A DNA stretch of 62,731 nucleotides, filler included, from Candidatus Rokuibacteriota bacterium (GCA_031406795.1; 4 parts of 4 records of this genome joined end to end with filler, not necessarily neighbours in it); one strand, 5' to 3'. Counted from the whole stretch's first letter, positions 47,248-57,918 are shown. Made by a program: numbers and translations. Notes: generated by a model not told the origin, from the letters alone.

Positions 47248-47253
47248 GCCGAG

Positions 47254-48702
47254 ATGCCGGTGACAGCGGTCCCTCTGCGCGGAAAGCTCGAGGAGCACTC
47301 CTTCCTCGTCGTGCTGCGCGAATTGCTCCACGATCGGTGTGACGGTTGCCTGACCGTCGTGCGCGGCACGATTTCCCGGCGGCTCTACCTGCGCGGCGGC
47401 ATGATCGTCTACGGCAGCTCCACCGAGCGCCAGGATCGACTCGGCGAGATCCTCATCGCTCAGGGCAAGCTCTCGAAAGTCGATCACAAGAAGTACTGGG
47501 AGCAGAGCCAGGCCGGCAACCGACTGCTCGGCATCACCCTGGTGCTCAACGGCCGCATCACGCTGAGCGATCTGTATCAGGGTGTGACGGCGCAGGTAGT
47601 CACCATCCTCGACCGGCTCCAGCGCTGGCGCCAGGGCGAGTACGAATTCGAGGAGGGCCGGCAACCCGCCGCGGGGACCGTGCTGCTGCGCATCCCGCTG
47701 GCGCTGTATCTGCGGACGGATGCCGAGAAAAAACCGGCGAAGAAGAAGTCCGCGGGGAAGAAGCCCGCCGCGAAGACAGCGGCGGCGAAGACACCCGCGA
47801 AGAGGAAGCGTCCCGCGACGGTGCGCTCCACGAACGCGCCCGCCGCCGAGACGGCGCCGCCGTCGGCAGTCGAAGACGCCGGCAACGAGGAGCAGGCGCT
47901 GTTCGTTCCGGAGGAAATGGCGGGCGAGGAGGCGATCAGCGCCGAGGCGGCGCGCGAGATGGAGCGCGTCGGTGAAGTCTCGTTCCTGGTTCAGGAGCTG
48001 CGCAAACGCCTCGGCCAGAGCCCGCTCGAGCTGCTCGGCGTCCCGCCGGGGAGTGATCGCGCCACCGTCAACGCCGCCTTCCACCGCATCGCCAAGATTC
48101 TTCACCCGGACCGGATCCCCAAGGACCTTGCGCCGGAGTTGGCGCAGGAGGCCGACGAGGTCTATCGCGGCGTGGCCGCCGCGTCGCTGGCCGCCGAGGA
48201 GGAACTGCGTTCCAAGGCCGAGGCTGCGCCGCGCGTGACGCCGGAGGCGGCTCCGGGCTCTCAGCGGGAGCAGGCGGGTCGGGCGGAGAACGACCAGGCG
48301 CGGCGCTTCTTCGCGCAAAGTCGCGAGTGGATCGCCAAGCGCAACTACTGGCAGGCGGCGGATGCCCTGCGCCAGGCGGTGCGGCTCAAGCCCGCGGAGG
48401 CGATCTACCGCCAGTATCTCGGTCTCGCGCTGATGCAGACCAAGCGGCTGCACGAGGCGGAGGAGCACCTGCTCGAGGCGGCCCGGCTGGAGCCGAGCAA
48501 CGCCGCGCACCTCGTGAATCTCGGCCGGATCTACCGCGGCGGGCGGCTCTACAAGAAAGCCCGCGAGGCCTTCGAGCGGGCCCTGCGCATCGACCCGCGC
48601 GACGAGCATGCGCGCGACGAGCTCAGCGACCTGCCCGAAGAGCTGCCGAGCCGCAAGGCGGAGTCCGGCGGCCTCCTGAAAAAGCTCTTCGGCAAGGGTT
48701 GA
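47254..48702 (+). CDS. DUF4388-like + J-domain + TPR protein
   Basis: RLGEILI, W..G.YEF, Lys/Ala-rich linker, AFHRIAKILHPDR (HPD), C-terminal TPR-like helices. Confidence 0.75.
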   Translation: MPVTAVPLRGKLEEHSFLVVLRELLHDRCDGCLTVVRGTISRRLYLRGGMIVYGSSTERQDRLGEILIAQGKLSKVDHKKYWEQSQAGNRLLGITLVLNGRITLSDLYQGVTAQVVTILDRLQRWRQGEYEFEEGRQPAAGTVLLRIPLALYLRTDAEKKPAKKKSAGKKPAAKTAAAKTPAKRKRPATVRSTNAPAAETAPPSAVEDAGNEEQALFVPEEMAGEEAISAEAAREMERVGEVSFLVQELRKRLGQSPLELLGVPPGSDRATVNAAFHRIAKILHPDRIPKDLAPELAQEADEVYRGVAAASLAAEEELRSKAEAAPRVTPEAAPGSQREQAGRAENDQARRFFAQSREWIAKRNYWQAADALRQAVRLKPAEAIYRQYLGLALMQTKRLHEAEEHLLEAARLEPSNAAHLVNLGRIYRGGRLYKKAREAFERALRIDPRDEHARDELSDLPEELPSRKAESGGLLKKLFGKG

Positions 48703-48820
48703 GGACGGCCGCCGAGAAGGGCCGACCCGCGGCGTTCCCCGCACTCTGCTTCCGGTTGTGGACGGTACTCGACAGCGGAGTTACAGTATGGTAGATTTCC
48801 CCCCGTTGTTGAGAAGAACC

Positions 48821-48895
48821 GGGCGCTTAGCTCAGTGGAAGAGCACTGTCCTCACACGGCAGGGGTCACTGGTTCAAGCCCAGTAGCGCCCACCA
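48821..48895 (+). tRNA. tRNA-Val(CAC)
   Basis: Acceptor GGGCGCT/AGCGCCC + ACCA; anticodon arm CTGTC-CTCACAC-GGCAG; GGTTCAA T-loop. Confidence 0.95.
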
Positions 48896-48907
48896 TCGAC
48901 GCATCCG

Positions 48908-48937
48908 GGCCCCGTCCTCGAGCAGGGCGGGGCCTTT
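48908..48937 (+). terminator. Hairpin after tRNA, possible terminator
   Basis: GGCCCCGTCCT-N5-AGGGCGGGGCC followed by a short TTT. Confidence 0.45.
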
Positions 48938-48970
48938 GCATTGCGGCGGGTTGACGGAGGATCGTGACTG

Positions 48971-49954
48971 ATGCGCGAGCGGGTGTTGAGCGGCATGCGT
49001 CCCTCGGGGAAACTTCATCTCGGCCACCTGCACGGGGCGCTCGCGAATTGGCGTGAGCTTCAGGAGCGCTACGACTCCTTCTTCTTCGTCGCCGACTGGC
49101 ACGCGCTGACCTCGGAGTACGCCAAACCCGCGGCGATCAGGGAGAACGGCCGTCAGATGGTGCTCGACTGGCTGGCCGCCGGGATCGACCCGGCGAAGGC
49201 GGTCATCTTCGTGCAGTCGCAGGTCGTCGAGCATGCGGAGCTCCACTTGCTGCTCTCGATGATCACGCCGCTCTCCTGGCTCGAGCGCTGCCCGACTTAC
49301 AAGGAACAGCTCGAGCAGGTCAAGGACAAGGACCTGCACACCTACGGATTCCTCGGCTACCCCGTCCTCCAGACCGCCGACATCGTCATGTACCTGGCCA
49401 ACTGGGTGCCGGTCGGCGTGGACCAGTTGCCGCACCTGGAGCTGGCGCGCGAGATCGTGCGCCGCTTCCACTTCCTCTACGGCGAGGGGGTGCTCGTCGA
49501 GCCGCAGCCCAAGCTCACGGAGTTCCCGAAGATCCCCGGCACCGACGGCCGCAAGATGAGCAAGAGCTACGGCAACTCGATCTTCCTCTCCGACACGGCG
49601 GAGGAGACCGGCAAGAAGATCCTGCCGATGGTCACCGACCCGGCGCGCGTGCGCCGCACCGACCCGGGGGACCCCGAGATCTGTCCGGTGTTCACGCTGC
49701 ACCGCGTGTCGACGCCGGAGGGCGAGCGCGCCCGCCTCGCCGAAGGGTGCCGCAGCGCCGGCATCGGCTGCATCGACTGCAAGAAGACACTCATCGAAAC
49801 GCTCAACGAGTCGCTGGTGCCGTTGCGCCGCCGGCGCGCCGAACTCGCCGCCGACACCGGGCTCGTCGAGCGCATCCTCGCGGACGGGACGGCGCGGGCT
49901 CGCGCCGAGGCCGCCGTCGTGATGGCCGCCGTGCGCCGGGCCGTGCACCTCTAG
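48971..49954 (+). CDS. trpS: Tryptophanyl-tRNA synthetase
   Basis: SGMRPSG.LHLGH, GYPVLQ.ADI, VPVG.DQ..H, KMSKS. Confidence 0.96.
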   Translation: MRERVLSGMRPSGKLHLGHLHGALANWRELQERYDSFFFVADWHALTSEYAKPAAIRENGRQMVLDWLAAGIDPAKAVIFVQSQVVEHAELHLLLSMITPLSWLERCPTYKEQLEQVKDKDLHTYGFLGYPVLQTADIVMYLANWVPVGVDQLPHLELAREIVRRFHFLYGEGVLVEPQPKLTEFPKIPGTDGRKMSKSYGNSIFLSDTAEETGKKILPMVTDPARVRRTDPGDPEICPVFTLHRVSTPEGERARLAEGCRSAGIGCIDCKKTLIETLNESLVPLRRRRAELAADTGLVERILADGTARARAEAAVVMAAVRRAVHL

Positions 49955-49984
49955 CGTCCCCCCCAGTGGAGGGATGACCCCGCC

Positions 49985-50818
49985 GTGACCCAGACGACCG
50001 ACGCTTTCGACGAGAGCCCCCTGCGAGGACTGCCGGTGCGCCTGGCGCTCTTCGAGGGGCCGCTCGATCTGCTGCTGCACCTGTGCCGCGACAACAAGGT
50101 CGATATCAAGGACATCCCGATCGCCGCGATCACCGAGCAGTATCTGGCCTACCTGAACGTCATGCGCACGATGAACCTCGAGGTGGCGGGCGAGTTCCTC
50201 GTCGTCGCCGCCACCCTGCTGTACATCAAGTCGCGGCTGCTGCTCCCGGCCGATGAGTCGGCCGACGGCGACGAAGGTGAGGATCCGCGCCGGGAACTGG
50301 TGCAGCAGTTGATCGAGTACCAGCGCTACAAGGAGGCGGGCGTCGCGCTTCGCGCGCTCGAGGAGCGGCGCAGCAGCACGTTCACCCGCGAGAGTCTCGG
50401 CCCCGAGGGCCCGCCGCGGACGGACTACCCGCTGGAAGTCTCGCTCTTCGACCTGCTCGCGGCGCTGCGGCGCGTCATCGATCAGATGCCCAAGACCGAC
50501 TACGTGGAGATCGAGACCGAGCGGCTGAGCGTGGCGCAGCGCATCGCCGAGGTGCTCGAGCTGATGGCCGACGGCCGCGAGATGGCCTTCGAGGAGCTCT
50601 TCCGGAACTCGCGGGAGATCAACGACGTGGTCATCACCTTTCTCGCGGTCCTCGAGCTGGTGCGGCTGCGCCTGATCCGGGTCTGGCAGGTCGACGCGTA
50701 CGGCGCGATCCGCATCGTGACGGTGCCGACCGGGACTGAAGGCCTGGAGCCCGAGCTTTTCAGCGAGAGCGCCGGGTCCGAGAACGAGGAGCACAAGGAG
50801 GGGAATCACGGTGAGTGA
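49985..50818 (+). CDS. scpA: Segregation/condensation protein A
   Basis: FEGPLDLLLHL, EFLV.AA.L..IKSR.LLP, FLAVLEL. Confidence 0.95.
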   Translation: MTQTTDAFDESPLRGLPVRLALFEGPLDLLLHLCRDNKVDIKDIPIAAITEQYLAYLNVMRTMNLEVAGEFLVVAATLLYIKSRLLLPADESADGDEGEDPRRELVQQLIEYQRYKEAGVALRALEERRSSTFTRESLGPEGPPRTDYPLEVSLFDLLAALRRVIDQMPKTDYVEIETERLSVAQRIAEVLELMADGREMAFEELFRNSREINDVVITFLAVLELVRLRLIRVWQVDAYGAIRIVTVPTGTEGLEPELFSESAGSENEEHKEGNHGE

Positions 50819-51740
50819 AGAGACTCTGGATGGACAGCCGGGGGTGCCTGAGGAACAGGCGTCGCTGACCACGGCCGAGCCGCCGGCCGCGGCGGGCCGG
50901 GAGGTCGCTGACGGAGACGCCGGCGACGGCCCGGCCGGAGCGCGGGAAGAGCCTGCGCCGACCGTCGTCCCGAGGGACAGGGGCCTGCTCCAGGAGGTGC
51001 TTGAAGCGCTGATCTTCGTGCATCGCGGCATTCTGCCGCCGAAGACGGTGCGCGAAGTGCTCGGCGAGGAGTTCACCGCCGAGGAGATCGCGGCGGGGTT
51101 TGCGGCGCTGCGGCAGGACTACGAAGAGCGCGGCGGAGCGCTGACGCTGGTCGAAGTGGCCGGCGGCTACCAATTCGGCACGAGGACCGACCTCGCCCCG
51201 TGGATCAAGAAGCTCGATTTCTACGAACATCACCGGCACCTCTCGCGGCCGACGATGGAGACGCTGGCGATCATCGCCTACAAGCAGCCGGTGACCCGGG
51301 CCGAGATCGAGGCCATCCGCGGTGTGAACGTCGAGCGCATCGTGCGCAACTTGCTCGAGCGCAAGCTCGTGAAGATCCTCGGTCACAAGGATGTTCCCGG
51401 CAAACCGATGGTGCTCGGCACCACGAAGGAATTCCTTGAGTTATTTGGCCTGAACAGCCTGGCCGGCCTGCCGCCGCTCAAGGACTTCGTGGAGCCGCTC
51501 TCCTCGGAGGGCATCGACGAGGAGCTGCCGCTGCCGTTCATCGGCGGTGAGGCCGGTGAAGATGGCGGGCGCGCCGGCGAAGCAGGCGCTGCAGCGGCCG
51601 CGACGATCGAACAGGAGATGGAACATGGACCAGAGCTCGAAGCGGGGGACGGGGAGCCCGAAACCCCCGAAGCCTCGGACGACGACGCGGACGACCCGGA
51701 CGTCCCCGTCGCCGGCGCCGACACGAACGAAGCGGGCTAG
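50811..51740 (+). CDS. scpB: Segregation/condensation protein B
   Basis: LEALIF, AGGYQ, ETLAIIAYKQPVTRAEIEAIRGV, TT.EFL..FGL; acidic termini. Confidence 0.95.
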   Translation: MSEETLDGQPGVPEEQASLTTAEPPAAAGREVADGDAGDGPAGAREEPAPTVVPRDRGLLQEVLEALIFVHRGILPPKTVREVLGEEFTAEEIAAGFAALRQDYEERGGALTLVEVAGGYQFGTRTDLAPWIKKLDFYEHHRHLSRPTMETLAIIAYKQPVTRAEIEAIRGVNVERIVRNLLERKLVKILGHKDVPGKPMVLGTTKEFLELFGLNSLAGLPPLKDFVEPLSSEGIDEELPLPFIGGEAGEDGGRAGEAGAAAAATIEQEMEHGPELEAGDGEPETPEASDDDADDPDVPVAGADTNEAG

Positions 51741-51783
51741 CACCCCCGCGGACCGGGGGGCGAAGGCCGCTACCCCGGGGCCG

Positions 51784-52524
51784 ATGCGCCTGCAGAAATT
51801 CCTCTCCCGCAGCGGTGTCGCCTCGCGGCGCGCAGCCGAGGAGCTGATCCGCGAAGGCCACGTCAGCGTCGATGACCGCATTGTGTCCGAGATGGGGGTT
51901 TCGATCGACCCGGCGATCAACGTGGTCAAGGTCGACGGCCGGCCGGTGCAGACGCCGGAAACCTTCAGCTACTATGTTCTGGACAAGCCGCGCCACGTCG
52001 TCTGCACGATGGCCGACCCGGAGGGGCGCGCGACGGTCCGTAATCTGATTCCCGCCGAAGTCGGCCGCGTCTACCCGGTCGGCCGCCTCGACTACGACGC
52101 CGAGGGAGTGCTGCTGCTCACCAACGACGGTGACCTGGCCCACCGGCTGATGCACCCCCGCTTCGGCGTGGAGCGCACCTACCACGCCAAGGTCAAGGGG
52201 CGCATCGAAGACGCCGCGCTCGAGCGACTGCGCACCGGGGTCTACCTCGAGGACGGTCGGGCCCAGGCTGAGGACGTGCGGTTTCTGCGGCGCACGAGCG
52301 AGAACTCGTGGATCACGCTGACCCTGCGCGAAGGGCGCCAGCATGAGGTCAAGCGGATGTGCCTCGCCGCCGGGCATCCGGTGCAGAAACTGCGCCGCAT
52401 CTCGTATGCCGGGGTCGGCCTCGGCGGCCTCGCGCCGGGGGGGCTGCGCCACCTGACAACCGCGGAACTCGCCCAGCTGCGGCGCGCGGTGCGCGAGGGG
52501 GCCGGCGGGAAACCCGGCCGGTGA
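51784..52524 (+). CDS. rluB: RluB/RsuA-family pseudouridine synthase
   Basis: RLQKFL...G.ASRR, PVGRLD, LLTNDG, EGR.HEVKRM. Confidence 0.88.
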   Translation: MRLQKFLSRSGVASRRAAEELIREGHVSVDDRIVSEMGVSIDPAINVVKVDGRPVQTPETFSYYVLDKPRHVVCTMADPEGRATVRNLIPAEVGRVYPVGRLDYDAEGVLLLTNDGDLAHRLMHPRFGVERTYHAKVKGRIEDAALERLRTGVYLEDGRAQAEDVRFLRRTSENSWITLTLREGRQHEVKRMCLAAGHPVQKLRRISYAGVGLGGLAPGGLRHLTTAELAQLRRAVREGAGGKPGR

Positions 52525-54056
52525 TCAGGCGGGTCGGCCTGGCGCTGCTCGCGGCGGCCCTGGTCGTCGCGAGCTTTCCGCCCTTCGATCTCGGTCCGCT
52601 CGGCCTCGTGGCGCTGGCGCCGCTGCTGCTCGCGCTGGACGGCGCGCGCCGCCCGTTTCTGACCGGTTTCGGCACCGGGTGGCTGGCCTATACGGGGATC
52701 GCGTGGTGGGTCTACTACGCGATGGCGCATTTCGGCGGCATCCCCCCGTTCGTCGCGGTGCCGCTGATGCTGCTGATGAGCGCGATCATGGCGGCCTTCT
52801 GGGGGCTGTTTGCCTGGGCGCACGCCCGCCTGCGCCGGGGGTTCCCGCGGTTGCCGGATATCCTCATCGTCCCGATGCTGTGGACCGCATCCGAGTATCT
52901 GCGAGCGTTGCTTCCCGATCTGGAGTTCCCCTGGGCGCTCCTCGGCCTGAGCCTGTATCGCCATCTGCCGCTGATCCAGATCGCCGATCTCGGGGGGGTG
53001 TGGGCGGTGTCCCTGCTCGTCGCTCTCACGGGAGCCGGCGTGGCCTCGTTTGTGCGCGACCCGCGCGGCCACAACTGGGATGCCGGGTGGAAACCTCTGG
53101 CCGCCTCGCTCGGCGTCCTGGTGCTCTGCGGCTCGTACGGGCTACTTCGGCTCGGACAGCCGGCCGAAGGACGAAGCCTGCGCGTTGCGGTCGTGCAGGG
53201 GAGCGTGCCGCAGGATGTGAAGTGGGACCGCCGCTTCCGCGAGGAGACGTTCCGCACCCACGAGATGCTGACGCGGGCCGCCGCGGACGCCGGGGCGGAT
53301 CTGGTGATCTGGTCCGAGTCCGCGACGGCGTTCGTGTATCAGCGGGAGCCGGATTACCAACAGCGGCTGGCGGCGCTCGTCCGGGAAAGCGGCGCGTCGC
53401 TGCTGTTCGGATCCCCGGCATTCGAGACGAAAGACGGGGAGAGCTCGCTGCGCAATCGAGCCTATCTGCTCGGGCCGGACGGGCAGGTCGCCGGCTGGCA
53501 GGACAAGCAGCAGCTGGTGCCGTTCGGCGAGTTCGTCCCATTCAAGCGGTTGCTTTTCTTTGCCAGGCCGCTGGTGCAGGCGGTCGGGAGCTTCGAGCCG
53601 GGGGAGCGGCCGGTGGTGCTGTCGGTTCCCGGCGGCCGCTTCGGGGCGCTGATCTGCTACGAGGTGATTTTTCCGGATCTCGTCAGGCGTTTCGCGGCGG
53701 CGGGGGCGGAGTTGCTCGTCAACATCACGAACGACGCCTGGTACGAGCGCAGCGCCGCGTCGGAGCAGCAGTTCGCGAACCTGGTCCTGAGGGCGGTGGA
53801 GAACCGCCGGCCGATCGCGCGCTCCGCGAACACGGGGATCTCCGGATTCGTCGACACCCACGGGCGGATCCTCTCGGCATCGGAACTGTTCGTGCAGGGC
53901 CAGTACCGCGCGACACTGACGCTCTCGAACCGCATGACACTCTACACGTGCTGGGGCGACTGGCTGCCGCGGCTCTGCGTGCTGATCGCGATGGCGCTGC
54001 TGCTCGTCGCACGTTTCCACCCGGGTCTGTCGCAGCGCAGGAGACTTGAGAAATAA
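52521..54056 (+). CDS. lnt: Apolipoprotein N-acyltransferase
   Basis: Multi-TM N-half, WSES, K..LVPFGE, ICYE, TNDAW, RSANTG. Confidence 0.94.
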   Translation: MIRRVGLALLAAALVVASFPPFDLGPLGLVALAPLLLALDGARRPFLTGFGTGWLAYTGIAWWVYYAMAHFGGIPPFVAVPLMLLMSAIMAAFWGLFAWAHARLRRGFPRLPDILIVPMLWTASEYLRALLPDLEFPWALLGLSLYRHLPLIQIADLGGVWAVSLLVALTGAGVASFVRDPRGHNWDAGWKPLAASLGVLVLCGSYGLLRLGQPAEGRSLRVAVVQGSVPQDVKWDRRFREETFRTHEMLTRAAADAGADLVIWSESATAFVYQREPDYQQRLAALVRESGASLLFGSPAFETKDGESSLRNRAYLLGPDGQVAGWQDKQQLVPFGEFVPFKRLLFFARPLVQAVGSFEPGERPVVLSVPGGRFGALICYEVIFPDLVRRFAAAGAELLVNITNDAWYERSAASEQQFANLVLRAVENRRPIARSANTGISGFVDTHGRILSASELFVQGQYRATLTLSNRMTLYTCWGDWLPRLCVLIAMALLLVARFHPGLSQRRRLEK

Positions 54057-54178
54057 CTTAGCGGTCGTTGCGTCAGAACATTGACTTTCGCCGCCGGCGG
54101 CAGGAGACTCATTCCGATGGAGGACTCGGGACGCCAGATGGAACGCATGCACACGGGTTGTCCGTCTCCGGGAGGCGC

Positions 54179-54913
54179 ATGAAATTCCCGACGTCATTCG
54201 TGCCGGAGCGCAGGCTCGGCCCGGAGTTGATAGACCTCCCCTTGGAAAACTACACATTGGCGGAGTACGCCGGGAGCCTTGCGGACATCAGAAAGGTTAA
54301 CCGTTTTCTTGGCGACTATCGCGCGACGCTGAAGCATTTTTCATCCCTGCTGCCGGCCGACGCGAGATCCCTGGCCGGCCCGATCAGAGTGCTGGATGTG
54401 GCAACTGGCTCGGCCGATATCCCCGTGGCGCTGGTGAAATGGGCGCGCAGGCAGGGGATTTGTCTCGAAATGACCGCCGTCGACAACAACCCGGGCGCCA
54501 TTCGTGAGGCGGCCATTTTCACCCGGGACTATCCGGAGATTACCGTTGCCCGCGCCGACGGCTTCTCGCTGCCGTTCGAGGACGGGAGTTTCGACATCGT
54601 CTTGTGCAACAAGGTTCTGCATCATTTCAGCGAAGAGGATACGGTCAAGGCACTGCGGGAAATTGACAGGGTGGCCGCCATCGGCTATGTCGTCATGGAT
54701 CTCAGACGGAGCTGGGTGGCCTGGGCGCTCATTTCGATACTCACCAGGCTTTTCACCGGGAACAGGCTGACCCGGTATGACGGCCCGCTGTCGGTGCTCC
54801 GTTCATACACGGTTCCCGAGCTGGACGCCTTGGCCGACAGAGCGGGTCTTCGCGGCCGCAGGGTGATAAGAGAGCCGTTCTGGCGCATGGTGGTAACGGG
54901 GAGGAAGAACTGA
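54179..54913 (+). CDS. Class I SAM-dependent methyltransferase
   Basis: VLDVATGSAD, LPF.D.SFD, LHHF, DL.R, DGPLSV.R; GGAGG RBS. Confidence 0.88.
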   Translation: MKFPTSFVPERRLGPELIDLPLENYTLAEYAGSLADIRKVNRFLGDYRATLKHFSSLLPADARSLAGPIRVLDVATGSADIPVALVKWARRQGICLEMTAVDNNPGAIREAAIFTRDYPEITVARADGFSLPFEDGSFDIVLCNKVLHHFSEEDTVKALREIDRVAAIGYVVMDLRRSWVAWALISILTRLFTGNRLTRYDGPLSVLRSYTVPELDALADRAGLRGRRVIREPFWRMVVTGRKN

Positions 54914-54914
54914 A

Positions 54915-56024
54915 GTGAAGGAATATGGCTTGTCGGTCGCCACGAACTTCGATGACGGTCTTCTCGACGCCATTTCGGCCTATCCCGTAACGGAAGTCTT
55001 CGGCAAGCTCTCCTCCGATCCGGTCGGTGGGGGCAGGGCCTCCTTCATGCTGCCGGGGCTTTCGCGCAAGCGCTTCGAGAACCACGTCCAGGCGGCCAGA
55101 TCCAGGGGTCTCGGATTCAACTATCTCTTGAACCCGGCGTGTCTGGACAACCGTGAGTACACCAGGCGGGGCCAGAAGGAGATCGAGGCGCTCCTGGAGT
55201 ACATCGAGGGCGCGGGGGTGAGCGCCGTGACGATAGCGCTCCCTTTTCTTCTTCCCATCATAAAAAGGCGCCATCCCCGGCTGAAGGTCCGTGTCGGCGT
55301 CTACGCCCGGGTCGACGGGGTCGCGAAAGCCCGATTCTGGGAGGATGGCGGAGCTGATTGCATAACGCTCGAGTCGCTGAGTGTCAACCGCGACTTCGAG
55401 CTGCTTGCGGCTCTGCGCAAGACGCTCAAGCTGGAGCTCCAACTCATCGTGAACGCAAATTGCCAGCTTTTCTGTCCGCTTTCGGGCCAGCACATGGTGA
55501 ATCTCTCCCATGCCTCGCAGAAGGGCCACGCATCGAAGGGCTTCGTGATCGATTGGTGCGCGTTGAGGTGCTCCTACGACAAACTGAAGGACCCGGTGCT
55601 GTATCTGCGCTCCGAGTTCATCAGGCCCGAGGACCTCGGTCTTTACCTCGACCTGGGCTACGACTCTTTCAAGGTCCTGGAAAGGGGCGCGCCGACACCG
55701 GTGTTGACCAGGAGGGTCAAGGCCTATTCCGAGGGCCGGTATGACGGAAACCTGCTTGATCTCATTCAACCCTTCGGGTACAAGGAAAAGAGCGGTGCGT
55801 CCCTTCCGGGAACGCTGTTCACCAGGTGGAAGTATCTGTTCAGGCCGCGCACGGTCCGGCTGTCCGGGCTTATGAAACTCAAGAAGCTCGCAACCAGACG
55901 CGGCATGATCGCACCCCTTGCGGGCGAGCCTGTCCACATCGACAACTCGAAGCTGACCGGTTTCATACCCGGCTTCAAGGATCGGGACTGTCGCTCGACC
56001 GACTGCGGCGTCTGCGGCTGGTGT
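54915..56024 (+). CDS. U32 'peptidase' family Fe-S protein (truncated)
   Basis: GGGR, FNYLLN..C, NRDF, N..C...CP, WC...C, IRPED, FK..R, C-terminal C...C..C..C. Confidence 0.8.
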
Positions 56025-56124
56025 NNNNNNNNNNNNNNNNNNNNNNNNNNNNNNNNNNNNNNNNNNNNTTAATTAATTAANNNNNNNNNNNNNNNNNNNN
56101 NNNNNNNNNNNNNNNNNNNNNNNN
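56025..56124. other. Artificial contig linker
   Basis: N run with TTAATTAATTAA. Confidence 0.98.
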
Positions 56125-56497
56125 TCTGCCCTGGTGGCGCCGGCGCGCCCCGATTCTGTTCGGCAACTTCCTGCGCATGGCCGAGTGTGTCGGCCGATCG
56201 ACCTGACGACCCGCCTGACGCGGCCCGGGCGGGCCGCACATCGGGCGGGCAACCGTTCACTGAAGGAGGGGACGATGGATTTCTTCGAGAATCTATCGCC
56301 CCGCCGCGCTCGGGGCTGAAGAGCGCTGGTTCTCCGAGAACATACCAAAACAACTTTTTCGTTCAGATCAGGCCATCAAAGCTACCGCAAGGTTGTAATT
56401 GTTGAAACGCGCGACATTCGAGAATTTATTGATAATAGATAGTTTTAGCAGCAACATCAAGTCCTTACATCACTCCACGCACCGTCGCTCCCGTTGC

Positions 56498-56513
56498 TGG
56501 CACACGCCTTGCT
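56498..56513 (+). promoter_or_regulatory. sigma54 promoter of amtB-glnK-nifA
   Basis: TGGCAC-ACGCC-TTGCT, consensus -24/-12; AT-rich region upstream. Confidence 0.9.
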
Positions 56514-56559
56514 AACTCCCTCGCCAACTGACATATCACAACAACGGAGGGAGCGGCAG

Positions 56560-57906
56560 ATGGAAACGACGGTCGGCAAGGCACGAAGCAGCATTTTCCC
56601 CCTGATCTTCTTCCTCATCTTCCTCGGGATCACGGCTCTCGCCACCGTGGTCGCGGCGGCTGACGAGGCTCCCAAGGTCGACACCGGCGACACGGCGTGG
56701 GTGCTCATGGCCTCCGCACTCGTGCTGCTGATGACCCCCGCGCTGGCGTTCTTCTACGGCGGGCTCGTGCGCCGCAAGAACGTCCTCTCGGTGCTCATGC
56801 AGTGCTTCCTGATCATGTGCCTGATCTCGATCCAGTGGGTGCTCTTCGGCTACACGCTCTCGTTCGGGCCGGACATCGGCGGCTGGATCGGCGGGCTGGA
56901 CTGGTTCGGACTCAAGGGCGTCGGTCTGGAGCCGTTCGCCGGCTATGCCGGGACCATCCCGCACCAGGCGTTCATGATCTTCCAGATGATGTTCGCGATC
57001 ATCACCCCGGCGCTGATCATCGGCGCCTTCGCCGAGCGGATGAAGTTCGCGGCCTTCGCGGTCTTCGCGCTGCTGTGGGCGACCCTGGTCTACGACCCGG
57101 TCTGCCACTGGGTCTGGGGCATCGGCGGCTTCATGCGCAACTGGGGCGCGCTCGACTTCGCCGGCGGCACGGTCGTGCACATCAATGCCGGCATGGCGGC
57201 GCTGGTCGCGGCCATCGTGCTGGGCAAGCGCATCGGCTACCCGGACAACGTCGCGCCTCCGCACAACCTGCCCTTCGCGGTGCTCGGCGCCGGCCTGCTC
57301 TGGTTCGGCTGGTTCGGTTTCAACGCCGGCAGCGCTCTCGGCGCCGGCTCGCTGGCGACCAGCGCCTTCGTCGTGACCCACATCGCCAGCGCGGCCGCGG
57401 GCCTGACCTGGTCGCTGATCGAGTGGATGCGCCACGGCCGGCCGACCGTGCTGGGCATCATCACCGGCGCCGTGGCGGGGCTGGTCGCCATCACCCCGGC
57501 ATCGGGGTTCGTCACCCCGGTCAGCGCGATCTGGATCGGCATCGGCGCCTCGGTGCTCTGCTACCTCGCGGCGGTGATCCTGAAGGCCAAGCTCGGCTAC
57601 GACGACACCCTCGACGCCTTCGGAGTCCACGGCGTCGGCGGCATCTGGGGCGCGATCGCGACCGGCTTGTTCGCGACCAAGACCGTGAACGCCGCCGGCG
57701 CGGACGGCCTCTTCTACGGCAACCCGGCTCAGCTCTGGATCCAGGTCAAGGTGACGCTGGTAACCGTGGTCTGGGCCTTCGTGATGAGTTTCGTGCTGCT
57801 CAAGATCGTCAACGCCATCATGGGCGCGCGGGCAAGCGAGCACGAAGAGCGGGTCGGACTGGATCTGACCGGCCACAGCGAATCAGCCTACACCGTGCTG
57901 GACTGA
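56560..57906 (+). CDS. amtB: Ammonium transporter
   Basis: FYGG, FQMMFA, DFAGG.VVH, WFGWFGFNAGS, DD.LD.FGVHG. Confidence 0.97.
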   Translation: METTVGKARSSIFPLIFFLIFLGITALATVVAAADEAPKVDTGDTAWVLMASALVLLMTPALAFFYGGLVRRKNVLSVLMQCFLIMCLISIQWVLFGYTLSFGPDIGGWIGGLDWFGLKGVGLEPFAGYAGTIPHQAFMIFQMMFAIITPALIIGAFAERMKFAAFAVFALLWATLVYDPVCHWVWGIGGFMRNWGALDFAGGTVVHINAGMAALVAAIVLGKRIGYPDNVAPPHNLPFAVLGAGLLWFGWFGFNAGSALGAGSLATSAFVVTHIASAAAGLTWSLIEWMRHGRPTVLGIITGAVAGLVAITPASGFVTPVSAIWIGIGASVLCYLAAVILKAKLGYDDTLDAFGVHGVGGIWGAIATGLFATKTVNAAGADGLFYGNPAQLWIQVKVTLVTVVWAFVMSFVLLKIVNAIMGARASEHEERVGLDLTGHSESAYTVLD

Positions 57907-57918
57907 CACGAACCATAC

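Noticed and set aside
54100-54160. Fluoride-riboswitch-like GATGGAG motif
   Set aside because: Downstream conserved pseudoknot elements are missing.
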